This document shows positions 1-13,454 of a DNA stretch of 64,000 nucleotides, in pieces. A program made the translations under genes and the position numbers. Source of the DNA: Octopus sinensis (Eukaryota); NCBI RefSeq assembly GCF_006345805.1, contig NC_043006.1, positions 66,030,001-66,094,000 on the forward strand, written 5' to 3'. Below the pieces are notes generated by a model. The model saw nothing but the letters and a program-made list of their open reading frames with translations. It did not search any database and was not told the origin of the DNA. Numbering within the stretch: position 1 is the stretch's first letter; every line of letters starts with the position of its first letter.

Positions 1-270
1 AAAGGAACAAGTGATTGTGGCTGATTTGCATAAATGGCACCCTATTAATAGCTGCTCTTATCATCACCCTTCATGTCCTCCTCCTCCTCCTCCTCTTCCT
101 CATCCTCCTCCTCCTCCTCCTCCTCCTCCTCCTCCCATTTTATATATTTTCTGCCTTTATGTTTGCTAATTAAACCATTCAACTACTGATACCTTATTCC
201 ATTTCATGCCCTTCATATAAGTACATTTAAGGTTAATAAGGACTTTCGTGCAAAAGTTTTTATACTCTGG

Positions 271-897
271 ACTAGCAGTATCGCCCGGCGTTGCTCGGGT
301 TTGTAAGGGAAATAACTATATAAGCATTTTTAGAGAGTTATAGCCAAAAAATAGCAAAAAATGCATTAAAAATGGAAAAAATATGATGGTAAATTTTTTT
401 TAAATCGTTGACTCATCGTAGACATTTTTAGAGAGTTACTTCCCTTATAATAGCGAAAAATGCATTAAAATGGGAAAAAAACGATGGTAAATTTTTTTTT
501 AAATCGTAGACCATGTAGACGCTTTCTTAGCCATTTCTGTTTTGGTGTCTTCAAGCCATGAAGTCGTTGTTCTAAAAGAACGCTGGTCTCCTTGACAACG
601 CATTACGACGTTGATTTCCTTACACTCCCTTCCCCACAGGTGCAGGTGTGAGGCGTGGACGCCAACTCCACCGCCATCGACACACGAAAAATTATGCATT
701 AAAATGGAATAAAAATTATGTTAAATTATTTTAAAATCGTAGACTCATCGTATATGCGCGCTAATACTCAGACGGGCTCGATATGAATCACGACTATAAG
801 CTACCCGATTTGGTTAAACTGCACCGCAAAATGTGGGAGTAGTTAGAATCTAAATCGAAGGGGACAGACACTCACACAACTACAGTTTTATATATAT
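271..897 (+). mobile_element. Non-autonomous Helitron-like (Lep1/HINE-type) element
   Basis: Starts ACTAGCAGTATCGCCCGGCGTTGCTCGGG, has internal ATGCATTAAAA..AAATCGTAGACTCATCG repeats, and ends GACAGACA..AGTTTTATATATA. A second copy lies at 63105-63495. The class assignment comes from the end structure. Confidence 0.6.
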
Positions 898-899
898 GA

Positions 900-1465
900 T
901 ATACATAGCGCAGTAGTGGTGAGATGTGACAGCAAAGAAAAGCATACTTCACTCTCTGCATGCAATTAGACTCGGAAGTTCGTGAGGAACCCATTGACCC
1001 AATTTGCTGACTTTTCCGATAGCACACAGGTCTCAATGAATGGTTGAATGACCAAATCCAAGCTTCTCTGCTAGTTCCTCAACAGTTACGATGAGATTTT
1101 GTTCCACCAGGGTTTTCAGGATGTCCTTGTCGAGTTCTACAGATCTTTCAGGATGAGGCTCGTCTTCTAGGCTGTAGTTTATGGCTCGGAATTTCTGGAA
1201 CCACCATTGACACTGCCTTACGCTTATTGTCCAATCCCCATATACTGCATTAATATTTCTTGTACTTTCCGTTGCGTTGTTGTCTTTATTGAACTCATAA
1301 AGCAAAATATGCCAAATATGCTCCTTTGTTACTTCCAACATAGCTTTGAAAAAAATAGCTGTTAAAATCGAAATGCACTCTTCAAAACTTGCACTATGAA
1401 TAAGGACAAGATAAAATTACTACCTGCTTTTATAGCAAGTTAATATAAGTAGTTTATCCCATTCC
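900..1465 (-). mobile_element. Mariner transposon 5' relic (transposase HTH domain)
   Basis: ORF 1033-1341 (MLEVTKEHIWHILLYEFNK..QWWFQKFR..SLEDEP..VTVEELAEKLG) matches the mariner N-terminus. The 5' region is shared with the copy at 34340. Confidence 0.9.
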
Positions 1466-1631
1466 CCTCTGACTTTTAGTTCAAGCTGTTGAAAAAACCG
1501 CATTATTATATATATATACATACATACGTACATACATATACACACACACTCTCTCTCTCACACACATGCACACATTTATATTCTGTTATTCTTTTATATG
1601 TTTCAGCCTTGAGGTTGTGGCCATGCTGGAT

Positions 1632-1662
<31 letters not shown>

Positions 1663-2485
1663 CTATCTGTCTGTCTGTCTGTATGTATATATGTATATGT
1701 ATGTGTGTGAATAATATTTTCAACAGATGTGTTGCAAATGTATCTGATTGTTCTCAAGCTTCAAATTTACTCTCTTCCAAGAACATTTTCACTCACTCTT
1801 ATTTGTTAGCTTCCCATACATTTTACTCATGTATCTATCAGCGTTCATGGACAGTAACAAATATTACATCTAGTTTCATTTTTTATTCGTTACACAGTGT
1901 GTGTGTGCGTTTGCGTGTGCTGTAAACCAGACTAAGAAAAGCATTTGACACACACACCAGAATGTGAGTTTTCTGTAAATTTTGCTTAATTGGAGTTTAA
2001 ATTTTAAAAACTGGAGCTGGCATGACGCGATGCATTGTACTCTTAAAATTGCTAGGTAAATTGTAATTGAAGAAATCCTATATTGTAGATTTGTATAACT
2101 CCCAAAGGGAGGCAGATAAAATCTGCCTTTTATAATAAGAAATAAGATGTCTTATCTTAAAGTAATGTGTTGTGAACTTTTCTAAGAATTTTACATGCAG
2201 GTTATTTGATGATTCACAATCCCCTATAAAATTCAGGATAATCAACATGGAAAAAAAATGACATATATTCATGCACCATAATTTCCACATTGCCCAAAGA
2301 CCCGTAACTCCCAAACCACAACTCAACTCAGGCAATGCTCTATTTGGATATAATAAAAGCACATAAAAATAGAGGAAATCAGTTGATCAATTAGTTACAA
2401 AATAAATGGGAAATGAAAAATACCAACAGCACAACCAACCATTATGCCCACATATTTTCTATCAGCCAATCACACTTGTTTTTAG

Positions 2486-2903
2486 TCTCTTTTACTTGTT
2501 TCAGTCATTTTACTGCGGCTATGCTGGAGCACCGCCTTTAGTCGAGCAAATTGACCCCAAAAGGACCTATTCTTTGTAAGCCTAGTACTTATTCTATCAA
2601 TCTCTTTTGCCGAACTGCTAAGTTACGGAGGCATAAACACACCACCATCGGTTGTCAAGCAGTGTTAGGGGGACAAACACAGACACACAAACACACACAC
2701 ACACACATATATACACATATATACGACGGGTTTTTTTCAGTTTCTCTCTACCAAATCCACTCACAAAGCTTTTGTCAGCCCGAGGCTATAGTAGAAGACA
2801 CTTGCCCAAGGTGTCACGCAGTGAGAATGAACCCGGAACCATGTGGTTGGTAAGCAAACTACTTACCGCACAACAAGCTACAAACCACAGCCACTCCTGC
2901 ACC
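2486..2903 (-). mobile_element. tRNA-derived SINE family A
   Basis: Head GGAGTGGCTGTG..GGTTCCGGGTTCA.. (A/B boxes), a CCTTGGGCAAGTGTCTT core and an internal (TG/TA)n tract. About 20 full or partial copies are seen (e.g. 6920, 18085, 21040, 28600, 38560, 40410, 42130, 45145, 47590, 56160, 59080, 61205). Confidence 0.85.
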
Positions 2904-3467
2904 TTGTTGCACAAGTGTGATTAGCAAATGGAGTGGTATGTGTTTTTGAGGGCAATAACATAAAAGCGAATGACATAAAAAGAATGATAGCATGCAAAAA
3001 ATTAGAAGTCTTGAAATTTAAAAACTTAACTGTCCCAAGCCACCCCATTTTAATGATACTTCAGTGTCCCTTCACAGTCCCCCTAAAATCGCTTCGCAGT
3101 CCCCTGGGTAGGGAGGCCGTGGACCCCCAGTTTCAGCACTGCCTTACTGTATTTACATGAAATATACATACACATACTTGCACACAGGTATACACACTAG
3201 TGTAGCTGGAGTGTGTGCCACCTGGGGTGGCACTTCTGTTTGTCACCCCTGGACCCCACAGAAAACATGTATTGCCTACAGCAGGCTCAAAAGTGGTACC
3301 CCATTAAAAGTCCCACCCCTACCACCCCACCTGGCTATGCTAGTGATATACACATATATACATGCATACATATATACATACATACTACACACACACACAC
3401 ATGGCCACAGTTTTTAACACTTGAGTAAAACCTCAAATTTTTAACACACCTTAACATATAACTGTTG

Positions 3468-3511
<44 letters not shown>

Positions 3512-3839
3512 GAATGCATATACATAAAAAGCACGTGTGGTGGTGCCATATGGAAAAGCACCTGTGCTGGTATTACATGAAAAGCAGCCAACTAGAGCCT
3601 GGTGTAGCTCTCCTACTTACCAGCTCTTGCTGAACCATCCAACCCATGCCAGCATGGAAAACGAATGTTAAATGATGATATGATATGTATATAATCATCA
3701 TACACGCATAGGTGCGGGAGTGGCTGTGTGGTACGTAGGCACCTTGGGCAAGTGTCTTCTACAATAGCCTCAGTCTGACTAAAGCCTTTTGAGTGGATTT
3801 GGTTGACGGAAACTGAAAGAAGCCTGGATATATGTATCA

Positions 3840-4290
3840 TCATCATCATCATCATCATTGTTTAACGTTCGCTTTCCATACTAGCATGGGTTGGACAATT
3901 TGACTGAAGACTGGCAAACCAGATGGCTGCACCAGGCTCCAGTCTGATCTGGCAGAGTTTCTACAGCTGGATGCACCTTCCTAACGCCAACCACTCTGTG
4001 AGTGTAGTGGGTGCTTTTATGTGCCACCTGCATGGTACTGGCAACAGCCACACTGAAATGGTTTTTTTTCTTATGTGCTACCTGCACAATAGCCAGTCAA
4101 GTGGCACTGGCAATGACCTGGCTTGAATGTTTTTACATGCCACCTGCACGGTACTGGCAACAGCCACGCTAAAATGGTGTTTTTTATGTGCTACCTGCAC
4201 AGCAGCCCGTCAAGCGGCACTGGCAATGACCTCGCTCAAATGTTTTTTTCACATGCCACCAGCACAAGTGCCAGTAAGGCAACGCTAGTA
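3840..4290 (-). mobile_element. 5'-truncated RTE LINE 3'UTR fragment
   Basis: AGGAAGG..CATCCAGC core, tandem GGTGCTTTTTAYGTGCCACC units and a (TGA)n tail, as at the 3' end of the RTE at 23557. Confidence 0.75.
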
Positions 4291-4325
4291 ACGATCACGC
4301 TCAAATAGTGCTTTTATATATATAT

Positions 4326-4373
<48 letters not shown>

Positions 4374-4638
4374 TATGCATGCATATGTTTGTGTGTTTGT
4401 GTTTGTCTCCCCACCACCATCGCTTGACAACTGTTGTTGGTGTGTTTATGTCCCCGTAACTTAGCAGTTCGGCAAAATAGGCCAATAGAATAAGTACTAG
4501 GCTTTCAAAGAATAAGTCCTGGGGTCACTTTGTTCGACTAAAGGCGATGCTCCAGCATGGCCACAGTCAAATGACTGAAACAAATATAAAAACACATGCA
4601 TGCACACACACACACACACACACATATATGTATGTATG

Positions 4639-4684
<46 letters not shown>

Positions 4685-4859
4685 TTGCTTCAAATTCTTA
4701 ACAACACGGCATTTTCTAATTTTATTTAAAAACTACTCATTGGAATTTAATGAAATTTTCACAGAATAGTGGCAACAGTTACATGTATGAGGCGTGTAAA
4801 AAAATTTCAGGTTCTGTAAAATATCACAAACTATAGCCATTTACCAATTTTATGTAAAC

Positions 4860-6120
4860 TTTCACTGTATCAAATTATTAACGAGGTGTAATTAAAACTC
4901 ATGTAAACATGAAACTACCAATTTAATTGTTTGATGTAAGTACCAAAATAGATACATCCAGTCATGAGATAAATAGAAATAGACAAATAAACAGCATTCA
5001 AAAATGATAGGTGAACTGGTTATTAAGGGATATATAAACCTTTGTTTGAAATAAGTTGGAAAAAGCGCTGGTCCATGGAACATGCCAGTTTCTGGATCTC
5101 TTCTGATGTTATGCCACGAGATACATCTACTATTGCCTGCCACATTTCATTCTTGTTCCTAAATTGGTGTCCATTCTTGTAAACTTCACAACATAGAATA
5201 CTCCACAAATTTTCTTTTGGATTTAAGTCAAGGGAACAGACAGGCCACTTTGTCTTCTGTGGTCCACAGAAGCCTAATTGTTGCAGATATTCTGTAGTTT
5301 TCTTTGCTGAGTGCTAGGGTGCATTATCTTGCATAAGTATTATGGTTGTCTTGAAGGTGATCTGTTGCTTTTTTAACCAAGGTTCAAGCTGCTCCCTCAG
5401 AAACACCATCAGGCACTTTCCAAGTACCAACTATAAGACCTCCAATAATACCTACCCGGATCATAATGCTTCCTCCCACTTTTGGTGCCTCAGGCATTGA
5501 TGATAATCTCATCCATTTACAACCCATCCCTTGCTCCAACCATCAGATCCATCAAGGGTACCATAAGTTTCGTTTGTAAACAAAAATTTCGAAAAGTTGA
5601 TCTCCATGTTATCTTCTGCCCGTTTCAGACAATTTTGTATGTGTATTTTATCTAAAGGAGGCCTTTTAACTGATGCCACTGGTTTACCAACCTTTTTCAA
5701 AAGACAACATTGAGTAGTTCTGGAAAGAGTAATTTTGCCAATGTGCTTGAAAAGTTCTCCACTTTGTAAGGCCTGGTTCTTCACAGCTTCATGCTTAATT
5801 TGTGACAGAGAACATTGGGAAACAGCCCTTCTCAGCTCGACTGACCTTTGCCAGCTCTCTTATGTTTCTTAATAGGAGCTGTAACAAATTTCTTCACAGA
5901 TTGGTGATATCTTCCAATTATTTCCAGTCTTCCACAACATGTCTGGTTATGGGGGAAATAACCAGACATGTTATTTCCCCATAATATGACCTTATTTGGA
6001 AACAGATAAGGGTTGGCATCAAGAAGGGTATCCAGCTGTTGAAAATCTTCCTCAACAAATTCTGTGAACTGATGCAAACATGGAAAAAAAGTGGGTGTTA
6101 AAATAATTATAATCATGAGA
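4860..6120 (-). mobile_element. Decayed Tc1-family transposase
   Basis: Fragments FLFTNE..LDGSDGWSKGW (5509-5784) and WSIL..VYKNGHQFRNK..EIQKLACSMDQR (5023-5208) match Tc1 DDE and C-terminal motifs. The frame is broken by stops and frameshifts. Confidence 0.85.
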
Positions 6121-7799
6121 ATGATTAATTACATAACCAAGAGAGCTAATTTAGGTAATTAGGACTCATCCACAAAATATACTGATATGTAAATGAATGA
6201 AACCTCATATGTGCTATTTGAACTATTTCTCATAAATTTTGCATTCATAACCTGCCTTTTATCTGTCTATAGAATGGAACATGGAGGATACTGTTGAAAG
6301 GCAGCTATAAACAAGCTGAACAAAAGAAAATACAGAAGATCAGTCAATCATGCAGTGAGAGGCACAGATTGTTAGATAAAAGATATATAGAAACAAAGGC
6401 AGATACACACACACACAGATAGACAGACAGATGGGTGATGTGCTCCTCACATATTTAATGTAGAAACCTTTAAAAACTATGTAGAAATAATTATGAGTTG
6501 AGGGAAAAAGCTATATTAATGACTTGTAATGTTTTCATAACTTCAGTCAGTAAGGGAGACAATTTGGGACATATTTTAGTCTGATTATGACCATATCTGC
6601 AAAACACAAACTTCAACACACTCACTGTAGTAACGATAGGAGACTCTCTAAATAAATATATGATATTGTATACTAGTTTAGGTATAAAACTAGACAATAG
6701 GGAATCCTTCATCTGCCAGATAGGTTTACTGAAGAAGACAATCAGGTTCTACAGTTTTTATGAAAGTAAACAAGATAGAGAAAAGACACAGTGAGAAAAA
6801 ATGCTTCAAGGTTGAATGTGTTTTCCTCTCAAGTTTCTTCTGTTAAGTTAGTGTTAACATGTTGTAAGAAATTCCAGATGTGGGAACAAAAACTCAAAAT
6901 GCTTTCCATATGTTTTGTAGATGCAGGCATGGCTGTGTGGATAAGAAGCTTGGTCATTATCACATTGTTTCTGGTTCAGTTCTATTGTGTGGTGCTATGG
7001 CCACATCTGACCAATGTCTTGTGAGTGAATTTGGTTGGTAGAAACTATGTGGAAGCCCATCGTATATGTATGTATGTATGCATGCTTGTGAGTGTATGTC
7101 TGTGTGTTTGTGTTTGTTCTCTCACCACTTGACAACTGGTGTTGGTTTGTTTATGACCCCTGTAACATGACGGTTTGGCAAAAAGGACTTATAGAATATG
7201 TACCCAATTTAAAACTGTTGTGGTAGGATTCCGGCCACCCCTCAAGTGACTAAAAGGTGGACTGTCTCATTATTATAAAGTAAAGAACTGTGAGCAATTG
7301 GCAGTTTGGATTGGTAAGCAGTTCACTGTGAGCTGTGATTAAGAGCATTGAGTCTTGTGTAATAGTAATTGTTTTGCATTCAAGTAAATACCTCTTCCTC
7401 CTTCTTTGTTATATTATACATCCAACATACGAAAATATAAAAAAACAAAAATAGGTACTGGGGTCGACTTGTCCTGCTAAACCTTTCAAGATGGTGCCCC
7501 AGCATGGCCACAGTCTATGAATGAAACAAGTAAAAGATAATAAGATAGAGCAAGAGGCCTTTGAGGTTGACTTTGCCTTTGGGGGTCAATAAAATAAATA
7601 CCAGTTGTGTACTGGGGTTGACATAATTGACTATTCCCTCCCACAAATTTCAGGCCTTGTACATAGTAGTAAGTATTATTATTATTATATTATTATTATT
7701 ATTATTATTATTATATAACTGGTCAATATTTGGTAGATTGAAGCAAATTTCTACTGCATCACCTGCTACATCTCTGTGTGTGCAGCATTGTGTGTTCTT

Positions 7800-8225
7800 T
7801 TTTACTGTTGAGAGTGTGCAAACTCTTCCTGGTACTGTATTGTGTTAGCTTTTTTTTTCTCTCTTTTGTTGTGTTACTGCTTGCATTGTGTGTTGAGTGT
7901 GTAATGCTTTGGTTTTCTAGCTTACTGGTGGAAGTTTATTTCACTGGGTAATAGCTGTACAGAGTGTGTCTTGTATTTGTGGGTTGTTTTGTTTAGGTTG
8001 TATTATTGGATTGATAGTGTCTTGTTTAAAATGTGGGATGCTCCTAGCAGGGCTACTTTTTGGACAGTGTGTAATGTTGAGGATCCAGGTATAGCTTCTA
8101 CATTTTTTTTTATCATGACCAATGCTCCAATTATTATTGGTATTGTTTTTATCTTCATACCCCACATTTTGAATACTTCAATTTCAAAGTCTTTGTACTT
8201 TGATAATTTCTCCACTTCTTTTTAT
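7800..8225 (-). mobile_element. 3' fragment of RLE-endonuclease non-LTR retrotransposon (R4/Dong-like)
   Basis: EKLSKYKDFEIEVFKMWGMKIKTIPIIIGAL..VQKVALLGASHILNKTL is the typical C-terminus of the restriction-like endonuclease. Confidence 0.75.
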
Positions 8226-8729
8226 TATTATTGTTATTATTATATAAGGTGGCAAGCAGGCAGAATCATTAGCATGCTAGATGAAATGCTTAGTAGTATT
8301 TAGTAGTATTTCACTACATTCTGAGTTCAAATTCCTCTGAGGTTGACTTTACCTTTCATCTTTTAGGGGTTGATAAAATAAGTACTAGTTGAACACTGGG
8401 GTTGATATAATCACCCCATCCCCTCCCCCCAAAATTGCTGCCCTTGTGGCTAAATTTGAAACCCTTCTTCTTCTTCTTCTTCTTGGAAAACAGTTGTTTA
8501 AGGATGATGAACGAAACACCAATGCTTCCAGATGTTAATTATTCAAATCTCATACACACCCTCATAACAGATAGCTGTGGTGTTCCTGCGCTGCATCTGC
8601 TCGTGATCAGAGATGCACATACCATCAGCCACTAAGGGTCAAATGGTTAAGGTCAAGCAACAAACAAGCAAATTTCCAGTACAGAACAGGATATTTGCTG
8701 TAGACCATCTTTTATGCCAAGACAAAAGT

Positions 8730-9133
8730 ATACTCTTTTACTTGTTTCAGTCGCGTGACTGTGGCCATACTGGAGCACCATCTTTAGAAGGGCAAATCGA
8801 CCCCAAGACTTATTCTTTGTAAGCCTAGTACTTATTCTATTGGTCCCTTTTGCCGAACCACTAAGTTACAGGGACGTAAACACACCAGCATCGGTTGTCA
8901 AGCGGTGTTGGGGGGACAAACACAGACACACAAACACACACACACATATATATATATACATATACATATATGCGATGGGCTTCTTTCAGTTTCCATCTAC
9001 CAAATTCACTCACAAGGCTTTGGTCAGCCCAAGGCTATAGAAGAAGACACTTGCCCAAAGTGCCATGCTGTGGGACTGAACCCAGAACCATGTGGTTCGT
9101 AAGCAAGCTACTTACCACACAGCCACTCCTGTG
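8730..9133 (-). mobile_element. tRNA-derived SINE family A, near full length
   Basis: Same head, core and tail as 2486-2903. Confidence 0.85.
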
Positions 9134-9399
9134 CCAACACCTTCAATCACTCAAAAATAAGAGACCTTATTTCACGCTGCTCCAGTCCACTCGGCTGGCA
9201 AAATTGAGTTGTACCTGTATTTCAAAAGGCCAGCCATGTTGCATTTTGTGTCATGTTGAATCTCCCTCAGGACTACGTTAAGGGTACACGTGTCTGTGGA
9301 GCGCTCAGCCAGAGTGAGGTTGTTTACTGTTGGTTGTCTGTGAAAGGAAATGACCTTAGGAGTGAATCTAATAGTTTGTCAATTGTGTAAGACTTGTGT

Positions 9400-10385
9400 G
9401 ATGGCCATCATGTTGTTGTTGTTGTTGTTGTTGTTGTGGTGGTGGTGGTGGTGGTGGTGGTGGATTGTTTAACATTGGATTTAAACAGTGGAGAAGGGTG
9501 TGATGAGAAGGGGAAAGGAGGACTGGCAGGGAAGGGGTGTATTGGGGGTGGGCAGGAAGAGGAGATTGTTGAAAGAAGAGAGAGAGGGATATTAGATAGG
9601 GGGGTTGTGGAAGGGTTGGGGTGGTGGGGGGTAGAAGGAGAAGGGAGATGGGCGGTGGGGAGGTGGAGAGAGGGATGGAGAGAGATGGGAGACAAGTGGA
9701 TGGAGGAGAGATGTGAGATAGAGAGAGAGAGAGAAAGTGTAAGGGATGCCGAGGGAAGGCTGTGATATAGTGTGTGTGTGTGTGTGGGAAGAAGTAGATA
9801 GGAGAGAGAGAGAGAGAGGGGAGAAAGAGGGAAAGAGAGAAATAGTGATAGAAAGAGATAGAAAGGGGTGGTGGGGAGAATCCACCCCCAGCTTTATTTC
9901 AAGGTCAGACATTTGTAGTAGTTAAGAATATAATTTAATTTTGTGCTGTAGTCATGATGATGATGGTGGTGGTGATGATGATGGTGATGATGGTTGTGGT
10001 GGTGGTGGTGTTGGTGATGCTGATGATAGAGATGGTGACAATGATGTTGATGATGGTGGTGGTTGTGGTGATGGCAGTGAGGGTGACAATGATGATGATG
10101 GTGATGACGATGACGATGGTGATGATGATGGTGGTGGTGTTGGTGGGGGGGTAGTGATGATAATAATGATGATGATGATGGTGGTGGTAGTGGTGATGAT
10201 AATGAAGACGACAGTGATGGTGGTGATGATGATGTTGGTGGTGATGGTGGTGATGGCGGATGTGATGGTGGTGATGGTAATGGGGTGTTAGTGATTGTGG
10301 TGACAATGATGATGATGATGTTGGTGGAGATGGTAATGGAAGATGTGAGTGTGGGGTGGGGAGGTGGGGTTGATGGTGATGTAAT
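9400..10385. repeat. Compound low-complexity block (GTT/GGT)n, GA-rich, (GAT/GGT)n
   Basis: Direct inspection. The ORFs here are homopolymeric artefacts. Confidence 0.95.
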
Positions 10386-10696
10386 GCTTACGTCTTCACG
10401 CAACCCCACAACAGGAATAATGACTCAAATCTAGTTTTGTGAGCTCATGAAACACTCTTCAGTTTTACAGTTCTACCACTGCTTATTCTGTGATACATGT
10501 AATAAACAGAATACATACACACAGAGATGGAGTCACACGTGCAGACACACAGAGTCTCACACACAGACACAGACATATGCACAGATACACACAGATACAC
10601 ATACACACAATCTCACAGACAGACAGACAAACACACACGCACAAACAGACACAAACACTTTTAGACATGCACACACTCATATATGGGTATGAATGT

Positions 10697-10862
10697 GGGG
10701 GTGCTGAAAAGTTCCTTGCTTTAAGGGTATCACGAAAGGCCTGGTTGGAGGTCCATCCCTTCCCAGTTCTTTAACAGAGCTTAGAAAAACTGAAGGACCA
10801 CTGCAATAAGTGTGTGAATCTGAGAGGGGAATATGTTGAATAAAATCATAATTAATTATTCC
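10697..10862 (+). mobile_element. Short mariner-derived non-autonomous relic
   Basis: GGGGTGCTGAAAAGTTCC start and a mariner-like 3' end (AATAAGTGTGTGAATCTGAGAGGGGAATATGTTGAATAAAA). Confidence 0.55.
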
Positions 10863-10892
10863 TCCTGTAACTTCTATAAATATTTATATATA

Positions 10893-11240
10893 TATAGTGA
10901 AGGCACATGTCTCAGTTGTTAGAGTGTCAGGCTCACAATCATGAGGTAGTGAGTTCGATTCCTGGACCGGGTTGTGTGTCATGTTCTTGAGCAAGACACT
11001 TTATTTCATGTTGCTCCAGTCCACTCAGCTGTAGAAATGAGTTGAGATGTCACTGACCAAGCTGCGTTGGCTTTTGCCTTTCCCTTGCACAATATTGGTG
11101 GCATGGAGAGAGGAGGCTGGTATGCAAGGGCGACTGCTGGTCTTCTATAAACAACCTTTCCTGGACTTGTACTTCAGAGGAAGACTTTCTAAGTGCAATC
11201 CCATGGTCATTCATGACTGAAGGGAGTCTTTACCCTTTAC
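10893..11240 (+). mobile_element. tRNA-derived SINE family C
   Basis: B box GAGTTCGATTCC, TTGAGCAAGACACT core, and a tail ending GTCATTCATGACTGAAGGG. Partial copies lie at 32040-32240 and 9160-9310. Confidence 0.75.
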
Positions 11241-11246
11241 TTTATA

Positions 11247-11278
<32 letters not shown>

Positions 11279-11442
11279 AAAGGAAATGAAGAAAATGCTA
11301 ATGATATACTTATTCTATCGGTCTCTCTTGCCGAACTGCTAGGTTATGGGGACGTAAACACACCTGCATTGGTTGTCAAGCGATGTTGGGGTGGGGGGAA
11401 CACAGACACACAAACATACACACACACACACATACATATATA

Positions 11443-11504
<62 letters not shown>

Positions 11505-11505
<1 letters not shown>

Positions 11506-11630
11506 TGATGAAGGCTGGAGGATTTACCAGCTGAAATGTTGTGTTAATAACAACAAGATGAGGACAAATATCTGTCAAATGTAAATAATGTAAATAATGT
11601 ACATAATTCCTCATCTCTTACATATAGAAC
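11505..11630 (+). mobile_element. Truncated terminal unit of the hammerhead-bearing Penelope-like family
   Basis: TGATGAAGGCTGG..CAGCTGAAATGTTGTGTT..CATCTCTTACATATAGAAC matches the arms at 34950-35402. Confidence 0.75.
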
Positions 11631-12289
11631 TGTAAGATTCTAAAGCCATAGCTATATCTTGGAACAATAACCTGATAATAGTTCCTTTATCTTAGAACAA
11701 TAATCTGTACCGTTATCTGATGGGTTCCAAAACATCTTCAGCTTTGGTAAAGTGGTTCACACACAACCTACACTGACCTTGGAAAAGAAATGCTTTTTTT
11801 GTAATGTTATTGCAAAGACGACAAACGATATTTGCACTGGAGCAAGCATTTGAATAACCCATTTACATGAATGCCTACTTGAAGGCCATGTTTGTTACAG
11901 AATGGGAAACATGTTATTATGCCAAGAATTAAGACGAAACCTTCTGATACCAGCCTGCCATTCAGCTTTCCATGACCACAGCATCGAATTGATAATGGCA
12001 GTCTGTAAATCTCAATGTCACTCATTGTATAACAGAGTTTTGTTCTATCCAGCTGATTTAGTTTATGCATGGGCACTTGTATGTCATTCTGACAAGAACC
12101 AGACCCCGGTTCTTGTGTGCAGAGTGAAATGATATCTGGGAAAGAGTCATCAACATTTTGTATGCTGGTGCTTTCCAATGTTAGAAACTCCGTCAACTGT
12201 TATGTCATCTGGATACTGAATTCAGATAAATTAATATATCTATATCATTATCTGCATCTACCAACATTCCTACATACCAACCTGCCTGT

Positions 12290-12298
12290 CTGGTTGTG

Positions 12299-12342
<44 letters not shown>

Positions 12343-12464
12343 TTATTGTGTGTGTGTGCGTATGTATGTTTGTGTGTGTGTGTGTGTGTGTGTGTCTTCG
12401 TCTGTCCATCTGTCTGTCCATCCATCCATCGATCTATCTTTCTATCTATCTACCTATCTGTCTG

Positions 12465-12508
<44 letters not shown>

Positions 12509-12645
12509 CCTACCTACCTACTTACCTACCCACCTCTCTATCTATCTGTTTAGCTACCTACCTACCTACCTATATGTCTATCTATCTATCTAGCTATCTA
12601 TCTATCTATCTATCTCTATCTATCTGTCTATCCATCCACCATTTT

Positions 12646-12694
<49 letters not shown>

Positions 12695-12715
12695 TCTATC
12701 TATCTATCTATCTAT

Positions 12716-12802
<87 letters not shown>

Positions 12803-12912
12803 ATCTATCTATCCATATATGTATCCATCCGTCCGTCCATCCGTCTGTCCATCCATCCATCCGTCTGTCCGTCTGTCTGTCTATCTGTCTATCTACCTAT
12901 CTATCTATCTCT
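12290..12912. repeat. Compound microsatellite (TG)n/(TCTA)n/(TC)n/(TCCA)n
   Basis: Direct inspection. Confidence 0.97.
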
Positions 12913-13454
12913 GGCAGGGTCATGGAGGTAGAGTCCTCATTCACCTCCTCCATAGGAGCAACTATCATTACATGTCCCCTCTGTGTTCAGCCCTGTGTAG
13001 CCAATAAAGAAACATATCTATCTGTTCGTCCGTCCGATCCATATTTTGGGCCTTGTGCCTAGAGTAGAAAAGAATATATGTAATTTATATTGGTGTTGGT
13101 TGTATATCTAAAACACATGCACTTGCAACCAACAAACACAGCAGTCAGAGAATAGATTAACTAGACGTAAACAAAAAACGTACATATAGATGAAACAAAC
13201 AAAGCAAAAAAAACATAAACATACATACATACACCCATACGAAATGATAGCCACACCTTTTGAATCTCCTGTGAAAATTTAACTAGCTAATTATGATGAT
13301 GATGATGATGATGATGATGAACTACTAGTTCAAAATAGTTTAGTATTTACTGCTTTTTATCTTTACATGTTTTAAAATAAATAACTGAGATTTTTCCTCT
13401 TTTTTTTTTCATCCCAAAAATAACTTTTGCCCTAAGTTCAATAAGATGCCTTGT

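Noticed and set aside
9394-10780. Long ORFs (poly-H/D/V/T peptides) in low-complexity DNA, and similar microsatellite ORFs throughout the window
   Set aside because: They are translations of simple repeats, with no splice or homology support.
11640-12200. 129-aa minus-strand ORF in non-repetitive-looking DNA
   Set aside because: No recognisable motif in any frame and no convincing splice sites. It may be an old TE relic, but this cannot be supported.
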